A stretch of 64,000 nt of DNA from NCBI GenBank assembly GCA_951406725.2, contig OX597815.1, forward strand, positions 125,178,001 through 125,242,000, read 5' to 3'. Position 1 is the stretch's first letter, and every line of letters begins with the position of its first letter. The notes under the pieces are model-generated. The model saw only the letters and a list, made by a program, of their open reading frames with translations. It had not been told where the DNA came from and did not search any database. The stretch is from Octopus vulgaris (Eukaryota). This document shows, in pieces, positions 45,960 through 64,000 of this stretch. The translations under genes were made by a program, and so were the position numbers.

Positions 45960-46260
45960 ATATATATATATATGACTACTGAAACACATATATATATACA
46001 TCTACATACATATATACATACACACAAGCACACACACACACATATATACATGTACATACAGACACACACAAACACACACATATATACATGTACATACAGA
46101 CACACATATATATATATGACTACTGAAACACATATATATATACATCTACATACATATATACATACACACAAGCACACACACACACATATATACATGTACA
46201 TACAGACACACACATAAACACACACACACACACACATATATATACATGTACATACAGACA
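45960..46260. repeat. Tandem duplication (period 144) inside a CA/TA tract
   Basis: gactactgaaacacatata...catctacata...acaagcacac occurs at 45974 and 46118. Confidence 0.85.
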
Positions 46261-46299
46261 CACACATATATATACATGTACATACAGACACACACATAA

Positions 46300-46356
<57 letters not shown>

Positions 46357-46937
46357 CATACAAATCATCAACATGTGCATACGCACACATATCTATACAT
46401 ATATACTCATACATACTTATATGCATGCATACATATAGACACACATACACAAACACACAAACACATACACTCACACACAAATACACACATGACAAACTTT
46501 TAATTGGCTAATCAAAGTCTCCATAGAGTATCATGGGATATATCCAGTATTGGTAGGCACTAACTGTAGCTGTAGTGGTAATAATTGTTGAAGTAGTAGT
46601 AGTGGTTGGAGCAGCAGTAGTGATGGTTGTGGTAGTTGTAGTAGATATCCAACTCAGCAAATCAGTGGTACAACTGCTGATACAGTATGAAACTGGTGAC
46701 TACCAGCAATCATCCACTGACGTGCTGCGAAGAACAGTGATCTCATCATCGGGACGTTATTCATCACAAAACAGCCACAGTGCACCGTAAGATTCTAAAC
46801 AAACAAAACAGTCCTAGTTCTTGGCAGATGAAAAACCAAAAAATAATGTTAATAACAAAAGAAGTAAACTTTTAAGTATGATACCATTTTGTCAATATTC
46901 TCCACAAAGTAGTAGTAGTAGTAGTAGTAGCAGCAGC

Positions 46938-46969
<32 letters not shown>

Positions 46970-48284
46970 TGATGATGATAAAAATAATAAAAATAATAAT
47001 AATAATAATTGCAGCAGCAGCAGCCATTGATAAACTATAGCATTTTTTTTTTCAATACAGAATGGAAAAGAAAAGACTAAAGGGGCTTCTGCAATGATGT
47101 GGTCCTGTCAATAATGGTTATTTGTACATTTTTCTTTTAAATGTATTTGATTTAGTTTTAAAAAGGGGTTCATAATATAGAAAGTATAAATGAGATTTGG
47201 GACAGTTGGGGGAGTCACAGTTGAGTATGCATAAACATGTATGTATGTATAAATGTGTATGTGTGCTTATGTATGTAGGTGTGTGTGTATGTGTGTGTGT
47301 ATGTAGGTAATGTAAGAATAGAATATTCACAAATATTTGAAGAAAAGAGAGACTGATATTAACAGGAGTTGGTGTTAGTTAGAAACCCCCAAAGTAGTCA
47401 ATATTTCATAAAGTTTTACACTGCCATTAGTGTTAATAAAAGGTGAAAAGAAGTAGCACAACACACACACACATATATATATACAAATATAAGCACAGCT
47501 GAAATAATCTATAAGAACTATCTATCTTTGAAACAAGACTTTGCCAGCACCTTGGAGATACAACAGTAATCTCAGACCTTACAAAAAAAAAAAAAAAAAA
47601 ATCAGAAAAAAAAATCATTCGGCCAAGATTCAAGGTGAGTCTGCTAAGCAAGCTGCTCGAGGGGGAAGAGGTAGAGAGAGAAAAAAGAGACAGTGGTGAA
47701 GGAGAGGGGAGAGAGAGAGAGAGTGTGAGAGAGAGAGAGAGAGAAGAGGAAGAGAATGAAGAGAAAAAGAGCAACTGATGGCTCCTGGAGAGCTGAGACG
47801 TGCTGGGGAAGCGGGTTACTGGCTCCAAGGTGGAGGACATGGGGGAGGAGGAGCAGTGGTGGTGGGGGGAGGGAAAAGCTCTTGTAAAAGTTGATGTTAG
47901 CTTTGAACATGACGCGCACTGCAGAGAGGTGTACTTCCGGATTCCAATAAAAGGAAATATTTCTAATCATTCTCAACTTTCAATCAATACCTGCCCATTA
48001 CAGCTATTAATAACATGGATTCTCTCAATGCATTACTTGTGCAAAGTTCATTCAGACAGCTCAAAAATAGACTCCATAAATTTTTAATCAGTACTGTCTA
48101 TAAATGGAAAAATGTTGGAGATGACAGTAAAAAAAAAAATAACAAAAAAATTTCAAATAACAACGACCAGTTATAATGAAAGTAAAATAAAATAAAATTA
48201 AATGTTAAAAACAAAAGAAAAAACAATTATGAAAAGAAAACAGATATTTGAGCTAATAACCAATACATACAGTAGATGATAATA

Positions 48285-49525
48285 ATAATCTTCTAATTAA
48301 GGTACAGGCCAGTTGTTTTCAGGTGTGGAACATAGTCAATATTACTGACTTCAGTACTAGACTGGTACCTTGCTTTAGTGAACTGAGTGGGAGGAAAAGC
48401 GAAGTTGGCCTCAATGGGATTCAGACCTGGGCCACACAAGAGACTTTAACACATCACTGCATTTCATCCAATGCCTTGATTTTGCCACCCATCATTCTTT
48501 TTAATAATAATAATAATATTAATAATGATTTCTTTTATTTGCCACCGGGGTGAAGGATGAAGGGACAATACAAAGTGTGGTGATTTACATATAATGGAAT
48601 GATAAAATGAAAAGTATACACGGTATATTTTAGAAGAAGCGAAGTATACATAGTATATGACAATAGAAAAAGAGTTGGGGGGAAGGATCATGATGGGATC
48701 CCCCTGATTTAGGAGGACCTCTAGGGATAATCAAGGGACCCCATCATCCAAGATCACCATGAGTAACAAGAATGAGAGCCCACTCCAACTTCTTTCTTCC
48801 GACTCACAGGTCTACATAATGATAACAATGATTTCATTCATTTGCCACAAGGGCGAAGGATAAGGGGGACAATAAAAAGACAAAGTGGTGGGGTGTGCAT
48901 ATAATGGTTTCCGATTTAGGTGCAAGGCCAACAATTTGGAGAGAAGTACTGGTACTTTATTTTATCAACCTTTGAAGGAGGAAAGGTAAAGTTGAACTCA
49001 GTGAAATTTGAATGCTGTATGTAAAATTTCAACTATATACCAGGTGGCATTTTGTTGACACTCCAGCAATGCTGTCGAAATCTGCCACCTTCATAATGAT
49101 TGTGTCCAATTCAGGCACCACGAGACCAACAATTCTGAAAGGAGCAAAGCAGTTCATGCCAACAACCCCAGTACAAGACTGGTACTTGATTTTAACAATG
49201 CCAAAGTAACGAAAAACAAAGTCTACTGCAGCATGATCAGAACTCTGACTGTAAAGAGTGAGAAGAAATACCATAGGGTATTTTTTTCACTGTCATAATA
49301 ATAATAATCCTTTCTATTATAGACACAAAGACCAAAATTTTGAAGGGAGAGTCAATTCAATTAGTGACCCCAGTGCTCAACTGGTATTTATTTCATTGAT
49401 CCACCCCACCCCCAAAGAATAAAAGGCAAAGTCAACTTTGGTGGCATTTGAATTCCATATGTAAAAAAAAAAAATGCTACTAAGCATTTTGTCCAGTCTG
49501 CTAACAATTCACTCACTTTGTTGCC
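48285..49525 (-). mobile_element. Cluster of degenerate minus-strand SINEs separated by (TAA)n
   Basis: Repeated ctggtac..t(a)ttt...aaagg.aaagt..ac segments homologous to the 36170 family. Confidence 0.65.
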
Positions 49526-52199
49526 ATAATAATAATAATAATAATAATCATAATAATGGTGATGATGATAAAAATAATGAAAATAATAATAATAATTTGT
49601 AATGGAAAACTGACACTAAAATCTGAGGCTTTCAATCAGTGAATGGGTCAGTTATATGCAAACAGAAAGAAACCTGGGAAATTATAAAACAAGCATAAAT
49701 AAAACAACAAACAATAGGTTTAATAATTTAATGAAAAACTAACTATCCACTTTGGCTGGGAGGCAAACCCTAATCACACACCTTAGCTCAAGAGAAATAT
49801 GTCTTTTTACTGATAAGAACAGAGAGGAAAACTCAATTCAGATAACAATTCTAGGCGGGTTTTTACATTCACATTTCTAAAGAATCACAACAAAATAGAA
49901 TTTCAAAATTTTTTTTAATCTTTCTCTTCCCCTCTTAAATCTTTTAAATTTCATATAAAAGACTTTGTTTTGTTTTGTTGTCGTGTTTTTAATGTTGAAA
50001 GTTTAAATAACAAAAGATGAGAGGCTCATTAAAAGATATCTTACTCTATCACCACAAGTTCACTGAAAATTAAAAAGGAAGTTGTAATGAAAGCTCAGTC
50101 TCAAATGCATAATTCCATTTCTCAAATTATGAAACTTAAGTCATAGAAGTCAGCCATTTCTGAGTTAAGCCTGCTCTTAAATGGGAGCTTTCACTTCTTC
50201 AATGAAGTGAACTTTTAACTAAGGTAAAAGAAAAAGAAAATGAAATAAAAGTAAAATAAGAAAATTAAATAAAAGACAAAAAAAATTAATTTGAAAAGTA
50301 CAAATAAATTAAATAAAAGAGAATTTTTTTTCCGAGAATGAAATGAAAAGGACAAAACAATTATTTTTTCTCTTCTATTAGAGATATCTCAAATATGCAG
50401 ATGACTGTTAGACTGAACTGAGCCCCAACATGCAGACAGGGTGAGGGAAAGCATGTTTTAACACTAAAGCTTATTAATTACAGAGATATAAAGTGGGGAA
50501 AGAGATTAGGTGTGTTTAATGGTAGGAAAGACTTGCTGAAGGAGGGGCTGCCTTAAATCCATTACAGTATGGTTGTCTTCATTGATTTCTTTCAGGTTAG
50601 TCAAATCTAATTATTAATTTGGTCAAAATTAGAGCGACCATCTACCTGAAGAAGAAGGAAAATATATGTACGATATATATATATATAAATTCCATCCTAG
50701 AGTTATTATTATTATTATTATTATCATTATATATATATATATATATATATATCGAGAGAGAGAGAGACTGACTTGGAATAAAATGTGGAAATGTTTGAAA
50801 AGTGAAGTATAGTGGTGAAATAAAGTAGCTGATAATTTAATTTTCTCCTCCAGTAGCTTTTGAAAAAGGGGAGAGAGAGAGAGAGAGATGATAATGATGA
50901 TGATGAAATATAAAAACTAATTGTAGTTGAATATTTATACACTTCAGAAATACTTGACCTTTGCATCCAATTTAGTGAATCTGGTGGAAATGCACTTAGG
51001 CTTCATAGGCACTAAGCAACTAAAAGGAATAAATGCCAAAGAGAGGGTGAGTGGCTCAAATAAGGAGAGAGAGAGAGAGGAAGGAAAAAAAGGCATCTAA
51101 GAAGAAAAAATGATGAAATAGTCTCAAGCATTGTGCTACTAGGCGTGGCTGTAGTTAGTGGAAGTCTTATGGATATGACACACCCTGGATAACATACAAG
51201 AGCAGGATACCCAAAAGCCCAATAACCTTAGCCGACCAACATCAATCCATGACTACTTCCACATCATGATATCTGAACCCACTAAGTTAATATGGGATCC
51301 TAACTTAGAGATTCTAATTCCATTCAGCATATCTTTCCTGTCATTCAGCTCTTTTTTCTTTTCTTTGTTTCCTCTTTTTTTTCAACTGGTTAGTCATTGG
51401 TGTGTGTGTGTGTGTGTGGATGGTGACTAAGTCGCCTTCTCAACTAAGCTACCTTCCCCACCCTGCCTCCCCTTCTAATTAAAAAAGGGAAAAAGAGAGA
51501 GACAATCGTCACATAAGAAAAATAATATAGCATTTAAATCATAGTTCAGTCCTCCCACACTATTACCTGAATGAGATAATTTAAATTATAGATACTGTAG
51601 CATCCTAGAAACGGTATTTGCTTGCTAAATTTTGTCAATTTGTAAAATTACTATTTATGAAAAATATACCAAAAAATAATAATTCATAGTAAAGTGCGTG
51701 CGCGTGTGTGTGTGTGTGTGATAGAGAGAGGAGGAGGGAGAGAGAGAAACATTGGGAACACTTATAAATTAAGTAACAAACAACGAATCGAAGAGCCAGC
51801 GCACGTTAACAGGTATTGAAACACTAGGAAAGAGAGAGAAGTTTTTAAGTAGTGCGTAATTTAAAAAAAAAAGGAAAGAAAATGCTCAGATAACCTAATA
51901 GATGAGATACCTAATGAAGGAAAAAAAATTCATTAAAAAAAAATCGAACGTTTATATAGAAGTTTCTCACACATACAACCACTCACAAAATAAATCTATA
52001 AAATATTCATTGTAGAGTGGAAATATATATCTAATAATATAAGTATGACAGCTAAACAAAAATATAATAAAATAAAATAATTATAATTAAATAACTGATA
52101 AAAAATATCGAAAACCATAAAAAAAAATAGACATAGAAAGTAAGAAAGAACGAGAGAGAATAAGAAGCCAAGATGTTCATGTGTACGCGTTCCATATAC

Positions 52200-52264
52200 C
52201 GTAAAAGAGAACGTGCTCCATCGGAAGAGTAGTGTCCCGGGACGTGAGATTCATGCTCTGACAT
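52200..52264 (-). CDS. Candidate exon 2 (65 nt) starting with ATG: MSEHESHVPGHYSSDGARSLL(R)
   Basis: Acceptor tttgtctggttttag|ATG and donor CG|gtatat (weak). A short CpG-containing segment in A-rich flanks. Confidence 0.6.
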
Positions 52265-53377
52265 CTAAAACCAGACAAATCTTAGCAGACAGACAACGTA
52301 GAACACAGAGATACATAAAACCAATACAATGATGATAATTACATGTATAATAAGGCAGCCATAGATTTGCTTTAATGATTAACAACAAAAAAAACAAAAA
52401 AAAAGATTAAAAAAGAACAAAAATATGAATGGTAGTGAGAATCAAAACCGAAGGCGATCAGAAACAGGGAAGGAATGAGAGAAAGTTAAGGCTAAAGGGC
52501 GACTGGAGCATATAAAAAAAAACTACCACGAATAATTAGACATGAAACCTTAGAGTTGTGTGCAAAGGAAAAGAAGATGTAGCGATTCTAATAAACAATA
52601 ATATTGATAATAAAGCAGCTGAAAAGAAAGATGGCAACAGTTAGTAGCAGAAGCTATAGACGGTAAGAATGGTAACATTTTAAACAAGAGATGCACTTGT
52701 TTTCCTTTTTAGGTTTCATTTTCTGTTTTTGTTATTTTTTTTTTTTTAATTATCCGAAAATAAATTACCGTATACACCGGAAAGTTGGCTACATCTAATG
52801 AATACGTTTGCAGCTGATAACTTCAACACACGCAAAACCTATGTCAATAAACGATGGTATCATCGTTGGCATATGTGAGTGTGTGTGTATTCCGTTTTCT
52901 TTTTTTTTTTTTTTTTATTATTTTTGTATTTTCCTTTTTAACATCGTGTTGATGACCAAGCGATAGAAAAGAAACTCAAAAGCGATCCAAAGCAGAAACT
53001 ATAGAAAAAATAAATAAATACTAACTAATAATGAGGAATAAACAAGTATTTAAAAACTATTGCTATAATACATGCGATGGAACTCCAAATCAAGAATAAA
53101 CGTCATTGCTTTATGTATTTATTACAAGAGGAACAGTTACCAGTTTCTATATAAAAAGACAGATAGATATAATGTGCGCTCGATGTCACCTCACACACAC
53201 ACACTATGTATAATCCCAAGCACTCATGCATCGCAACTCATGCATCATATAGCCCGAATAAATTCAGAAATGGAGGGCAATCTGAAGAGTAAAACTGATA
53301 AGTAGGGATGGGTCGAAGCCTAAACAAATAACTATACATGCAAACACTTACACATTACATACATATAATACACGCAT

Positions 53378-53416
<39 letters not shown>

Positions 53417-53765
53417 CAGAGAATAGGATAGATACATACATTCACACAGAGAGAAAAAAGTACATGTGCATGTATCTATAACAACTACATGTATACACAT
53501 AATTCAGATATATAAGACAAATATATGCTTAATGATAACCTGTGAACGAGTCTGGATTAGTAACATCTAGCACTTTAATTAATTGTTTTCCGTGGGCCAT
53601 TAGTGATGAGCAGGAACTGGACACTCACTCAACTCTCCCATCTGATCCAGTGGTACATCTAGAACATGACAGTTCAAGGCAAAAAGGGAAGCAGAAGCAA
53701 TCCCCTTGTGAAGTATCTTATGCCGGGATACATGCTACCAGGTCCAAAAATTCGTGCACATATAT

Positions 53766-53803
<38 letters not shown>

Positions 53804-53989
53804 AACTGCTTGATTTGGACCCATGCAGTTCAAAGTTTCATAGGCTCAGGAACTTTACTTCTCTGAGATAGGGCTCCTGTGAGGAGCCAACTAAACTTCA
53901 AGGTGCTTTAGGCCGAATCAATGTGTTTGAAATAAGGATATATGTAATAAATATGTTGAGTGCCTTTTTCTTTCACTCATTCACTTGCT

Positions 53990-57550
<3,561 letters not shown>

Positions 57551-57932
57551 GAATAAGTACTCCATACATAAAATAGAAAACTTTTCACCACCGTTAAAAA
57601 CTGAAATTTTTTTTGTCCTAACTCCTAAGATTAGCATTACCTTTCAAAACATATATTAACGCGAAACTTAGGGCAACAACTTTGAAGAAAAAAAAAAAAA
57701 AGTTAAAACATCTCAGCTTCAAACGCTGTTATTATCTTACACACATACAGTGATCACGAACGTAAAGAAAAGCGAAAGTAAGTCAGTAGCAACCAATGAA
57801 TAGAAAGGTCCACACCCACTACACCATCGAATACTACAAAAATATAAGTGTTAAATGCTATAAATTATAGTGATAGAATAATTTGGTACCCTCAGTAGTA
57901 ATCGTAAACTAAAACCAGGAGCCTGTACTCAC

Positions 57933-58200
57933 CTTTAACAGCCATTTGAATATACTTGTAAACAGACTGTAAATAGGAAAACTTGCATCTCCTGATAGCA
58001 GCTGAACCTGCGAGGACGTCCTTTAAGAAGGCACTCTACTACAATGATACGTAAGGAAGAGAAGGACACCGGTATATATAGCCATGCATACGTCCCATGA
58101 CTGGTAACGGATCGGCACTTTCCATTTAACCCACAGGGGGAGACAGTCATCGGATTAGGACGCGCAAATACCTAAGTAAGCCGCAAAGGTCGATGAGCAG
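57933..58200 (-). other. Candidate first (5' leader) exon of the host gene; 5' end undefined
   Basis: Consensus donor AAG|gtgagta at 57933/57932 within a CpG-rich segment. Confidence 0.55.
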
Positions 58201-59450
58201 ATACAATAGGTGTAAAGAGAAGCGGAATTATCTCTTTTTAAAGTCAATCCAATTAACAAAGGCTTTGTGTATGCGCGTGATTAGGACTGTGTATGCGTAT
58301 GCACACCAGAAAATACACTTAAATAAATAAAAATAAACAGTTCAATGGCACGAAGAACAGGTATTAAAGTCAAAACAAAAGCTATCACTCCCCGTATAGG
58401 AAAGTGGGTGAGAACTCTGACAAATTTCGACCAATCAGACGACGTCTTACTGCCAGCCATTCATTGAAAGTCGGCAGTAGGGAGGAGGCTGTATGAGTAG
58501 AGTAAATTAAAAGTTGACACTGATCATACACTAATACCCAAATCGATATACATATATTGATGTGCACTAGTGGCCAGTTGCCAAAATCTCGCCATTAAAT
58601 TTCATTACGTGCAAGTATTAAAAATTGATGCCAACCGATGATAGAAGTACTTATGTATGAAATTGTCCGTTTTATCCGCACCGACAAACTGTGTGTGTGC
58701 GCGTAGTGTTCTAAGAGACCGAAGGTGGGGGAATGGGGGTGGCGAACAGCGTATACACTACACAGGCAAAGAATGGAAACTGGAAATGTCGTCATTCAAT
58801 CGATACATTTATTCATAATTTTATTTCTCAGTGAGACATATATACACAGTCATGTTAATAATTTCGCTTTAAGTTTTTTTTCATTTATTTTTTTTTTATT
58901 TGAATGAAAGTATATAACTACATTTATCAGTGGGTGTGCGCAGTGAAGTCGCCAATGCACGATCATAAAGAAAGACAGACAGGCAGAAATATACATACAC
59001 ATTGATTTAGTCGATAAACTAATTTTTATTCAAAGGAGTGCCATTGTATTTTCCACCTGACTACGTAGATAGTTTGTGTGGTAATCCCATCAAAACTGCA
59101 CGCTAATCAGCTTTGTAGTAATTAAGACGATTTTGTCACATGAGCACGTTTTTCACTGACAGCTGATCTATCTATCTACCTGCACCAGCTCAACATCCGC
59201 ATGGCGCACAGAGATTCGATTAAAAGTTAGGATATATTTCCTCTTCAAACTTGAAAAGAAAAACATAAAAATAATATCTACATTCATTAAAAATATGGCA
59301 CGGGAAAGAAAAACGCACTTAAACAAGTACAAGTAACATAGAATATGCTTCTATAAACTTAAAAGCGCTGCAAACGTCGTACAAGTAATCGCACGCGCGC
59401 ATACTGAACCGAAAGTAAAAACTTTGAAGTCTAAAAGGATGCGATATTTT
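58200..59450. promoter_or_regulatory. CpG-enriched putative promoter region
   Basis: Clear rise in CpG relative to the CpG-poor introns; CCAAT next to GACGTC (58431-58446); free of transposons. Confidence 0.5.
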
Positions 59451-60664
59451 AATTTTACTTTCTTGTTTATTTGTTAAAAGTGCATTAACATTTTGTTGTT
59501 GCTTTTTTTTTTAGTTATTGACATTGCATCAACTCGTTAACATATAATAGATCGATGACATACTGACATATATCGATTTGCAGGTAAACCACTCCACAGA
59601 TCCCATATATGATACTATAACTAGTTAGTACGCGGTCATTACGTAAGATTTCCACCGAACCTGATGACACTGGTTGACTGAATTTAGTTTCTATAGTACT
59701 TTGAGGTTTTCTTTTTCTTCCTTTCTCTTTTCTAACCCCCCTCTCTCTATCTCTGACAAGCACTTATGATTATTACAATAAAACATAAAATTATTGTTAT
59801 ATTCAAAGAGGCCGTCTAAGTAAATCCGTTTTTATCATAACAGTTTACAACAATTAACTGCATATGAGAAGTTATTTAGCCTCAACGGACATTCTTTTTT
59901 ATAGAACTTGTTAAACCAGTAAATACAGCGACGCATTATAAAATAGCATAATAAATCGCACCTACAGAACATGAAAGATTGGTGTTTCTTCATAACTAAA
60001 TAATAATGCACAAAGTTTTCTTGCCCCGAAATGGACAGTTACTACTATGTACATATTAAAATAGATAGATGATTTCCTTGTTACTGACAAAAATTCTATT
60101 TCATCCATTTCAGAAAACAGAATTTCATTTATGAGACTGTTGTTTAATCCTAGGAAAACCTTCGTTGAACATCCATCCTTATGATTAAAAAAGTTCCAGC
60201 CACGACGGTCTCGTTGTTTCATACCAAGGACTATATAGTCCAAAGTGTTCTGTTTTTTTCTTTAAAGAAAGTAGGGCGCATATGAGGGAATTTAACTGTT
60301 ATTTCTAGCTCAAAAAGTTTATATGTAAAGCACATTTCTTACCAAACAATGTAGATACAAATGAAGATATGACATAAACGTTAGCAAATGGGAAAAGATT
60401 AACCGATGAAATGTCCATAGGCATTTTAATTAATGATTTTATTTAACTCGGCACAAGTCCAATCTGTTGTAAGGTGTGGATATAATCACTTAAACCAATG
60501 TCAATAGATTACTTATACTATTTCATAGCTGCAATAAAGCATTCAACCTGGTGTTCTTGGGTGTCAGTCACTTCCACAACTCTTCAACACTCTAATTACT
60601 ATATTGTAACTAGAACTTCTATAAAATATTAATATAAAATTTGAAAAAAAAAACCAACATGATA

Positions 60665-60870
60665 ATAATGGTTTCAAATTTAGGTGCAAGGCTAATAATT
60701 TGGTGAGAGGGTTAAGTCAAGCACATTGATCCCAATGTTCAACTGGTACCAAAAGGATGAAAGGTAAAGTCAACATCAGCAAAATTTGAACCCAGAACGT
60801 AAGGTTGGACGAAATATTACTAAGCATTTTGCTCAGAGAGTGCTAATGATTTTGTCAGTGCGATGCCTTA
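60665..60870 (-). mobile_element. SINE
   Basis: aactggtacc..aaaggatgaaaggtaaagtcaac..aatttgaacccagaacgt..taagcatttt, the reverse complement of the 36170 family. Confidence 0.75.
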
Positions 60871-63800
60871 CAATATGATGATAATAAAATACAAATGAAT
60901 AAATGTCTGTCACATAAGGCAGAATAGAAATAAAGGGAAATGATAGGTAAAATAAAGAATTCATGAGGAAAAAAGAAGGAAAAGTTTTGCCTTGATATAC
61001 CTTTGATAAATCAACTAGACTACTTACATTGTCTTCACATCACAACTTATTAGTATCTTATACCTCTAATTTTAGTGGCATAATTTTCCTCATATTAATA
61101 CTTTCATATTTATACATCTAGACCTGTTTCAATACACCCATCTTCAGGCAATTATCATACCTACAGGATTCAGTTCATTAATGTTCTTTTATCTGTGTTG
61201 TGTTCACACACTTATATGTAATTCTTTTGTTAGTAATTTCAATGCCAAGAGCTAGAATACTACTAAGACATACACAGGACCAATTAATAATAAAACAGAA
61301 ACAAAAAAATACATTTGTAGTTTATAACAGAATATATGAAGACAGGGGAAAAGAATATCTCTGTAACAGGTAATAATAATGATACCCTAAAAGGGAAAAC
61401 AAAAATCTTAAGTCATGCCAATTAGACATGTCAGAGTTGGTAATTAGTTGGAATATCCATTATCGTTATGAACAGATCAACAAACAGAAATTAAATATTA
61501 GAGTTAATAAGTGGAGAATTGTGAGCATGGACACAAAAAAATTGAAAGAAATAAGAAAACTAATAAAGTATTAGTCAATATCATTTACAGCACAACAGAT
61601 GAGCAGGTATATATTTTACTGCCTACACAGATCATTATTTTGAGCATAGGAACAGGCTGAGTCATAACACATCAGTTTCCGACTGGCGAAAGGGGTTGAG
61701 CATTCATAGTTTATTATCAATACTATGATTAAATCCTGACAAAGACACTTAAATTTCAATGACCCTCTCTATATAAAGAGTCAGGTGCAACTAATCACAA
61801 AATTGTTTCATTGGTTTAATTACTAATTTCCAATACTCCTGTGAGTGATATAGTTTAACATATTCATCACTCTGGAGATATATGTCTCACAACCATTACA
61901 GAGAGGTGAAAACTGAGACAAGTATCAGTCAAACTTATACATTATGTAAAATGCTTCTCAAAAGTGGGGAGCATACATATAATGCAAGACAAACTGTAAT
62001 TTCCACCTAGGGCCATAAGAATGGGGTTCGACTAATACACTGTTCTGAAACTCTAAGACCCAGGACGAACAGGCTGTAAATGTCTAATGTGTCCCTCTCT
62101 ACAAATAAAGAAAAAATAAATTTTAAAAATCACAGGAGTTCCCTCCTTGGAGTAGCTGGTAAACAGTCTTGTTCCATCTTGTAAGATCTCTTCTAGGGAC
62201 CCTTTGTCCATTACACCAAATACAAGCAATGTGCTAGGTACATCAGTATGTCAACTGAGTGACAAAGGAATTAAAGAATTACACCAACTACTATTGAATA
62301 ATATCTACTCAATCATTTCAATTCTTCAACATTTTTCTAAGTTACACAAGTTTTTATTCCTGTACAGTTTTTCTCAAAATAGTAAACTTCAAATGCAACC
62401 TCATGAAATGAGTGAAACTTGCAAATTCCAACCCAGACATTCACTTAATACCATTTTTAATTATTTAAATTTTTATTGTGTGCACATCATCTGTAATTTG
62501 TGCATGGGATGAAGACATCAACAATGGTCTCAACGAGAAAACAAAATAGTTAATAATTTAATCAGTGCCAGTGATTAGTACATAAATTAAATTAGTTGTT
62601 ACTAACTATCATTTCATCTGTCATGCCGCAAAACTAATCCTCATGTAACATTGGTTGGTCAATTCAACAGTAGTATCTTACAGCTACAATCCTAATATCA
62701 TACAAGTGCAACACCAACATCGTAAATAATTAATCTAAGAAAATTTGATATGCTCAGACAGTACCAGTTTAATTTTAACACAGAAAGATTACATAAAGTA
62801 TTAAGTATAACATAATTATTATTATTTGCACTAATTCACACTCTGCAGTTACCAACAATGAAAAACATATTACCATGGACAGCTGGATAATAGCCCCCCA
62901 TCTCACCCCCAACAATACACACACACACACACACATATATATATGTAAATCACAAATGAAAAAAAGATGAAAAGTTCTTTTTAATCTTATTCATAAGTAA
63001 AGCCCTATTTAAAAAGTGGAAAACTAAATCCCTTTCAATATATATTATTTAACATAATCCAAGCAGTGTGTTGCCAGAAATATTTGAAAACTGGACTAAG
63101 AGTATTACATGTATTTGGTTTTGTATCTGTCAGTTCTGATTTCAAATCCTATCAGTTTAGCTATGCCTTCTATCTCTCCAGAGATGATAAAATAACAGTA
63201 TTATACTGGAAATAGTCACATCCAGCTTATATTTACTTCCTTCAGTAGCCCATGGAAAGATTTCTAGAAGCACAATAGTATTTTGAACAGGGTACTTAAC
63301 TATGTACTCCAAAGTTTAAACTCAGTGCTGATAATTCTTTGTATTTCTGAAACAAACACCTCGTTCTAGATTGTCTCTAATTACCAAACTCTGGTGTCAG
63401 TAACAGGTGGAAAAGAGCCCATAAGTGGGTGAAAGAGATGATCTCTAAGGATCCAGCATCTTTTCAAATTTTTTTCAAATTCAGTGTTGTTTCATGATTT
63501 GAGTTTTGCTGATAATAAGCATTCCATGTGATGGAAATCAGAGCATCATGAGCATATAATATACATAAAGGCAAGGGACAAATGTAAAAAAAAAATCCAG
63601 AGCAGGCTATTACAAAAAGAAATTGCTGAGCTCTGACCTCACTGTTGGTGATATGCATGCAGTTTTCTTATATAGTTAACTAAACTTGATAAACATCCAA
63701 TCCAGGAAACAATTTATATCTAGACTACTCAACATTATTAATGTGGGATGAAATAACTGTTCTCAAGAACCTTAAGAAACTTAGGGTATAAATATGTTAC

Positions 63801-64000
63801 ATCGCACTATATAGGAAGAACTGGTCTGAGGATAAGATAAGAAAATAAAATTTACAATGCCCTTATCATTAAATGTGATGGGTGTACCATCTCAAGGATA
63901 GCCAGCTGTAACTTGTCAGCAAGAACAGTCTGATAACATGTATCATGCTTTTGCTAATTGTTTTAAAAGAAATTTCAGGTGTGGGAACAAGGCCTGGAAT

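Noticed and set aside
53542-53871. 109-aa plus-strand ORF
   Set aside because: GTG start, interrupted by a TA tract, no recognisable domain or convincing splice signals.

Overview
AT-rich eukaryotic DNA. The huge (TA/CA/TGCA)n tracts and the SINE types suggest a cephalopod (Octopus-like) genome; this is inference. Most of the window appears to be the 5' end of one large minus-strand host gene. A CpG-rich promoter/first exon lies at about 57.9-59.9 kb, and small candidate exons lie at 52200-52264, 35233-35313 and 165-<1. Spliced together, these exons give a 61-codon ORF that stops at 126. Its core, RLYILMAALKLKPTEFLLWHNLQ, resembles (from recall) the conserved leader-peptide uORFs of vertebrate KAT6A/KAT6B mRNAs; the main CDS would lie outside the window. 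The 35-kb intron is packed with mobile DNA: several CR1-clade LINE copies, an RTE 3' end, a GIY-YIG Penelope-like element, Penelope-type fold-back pLTRs with minimal hammerhead ribozymes (a separate ribozyme has a U3-A8 core variant), an inverted pair of non-autonomous Helitrons, a deleted mariner and many SINEs. It also holds a local tandem duplication that preserves the empty sites of two later insertions. A hAT-type MITE lies just beyond exon 3. Nearly all long ORFs in the ORF track are microsatellite artefacts.
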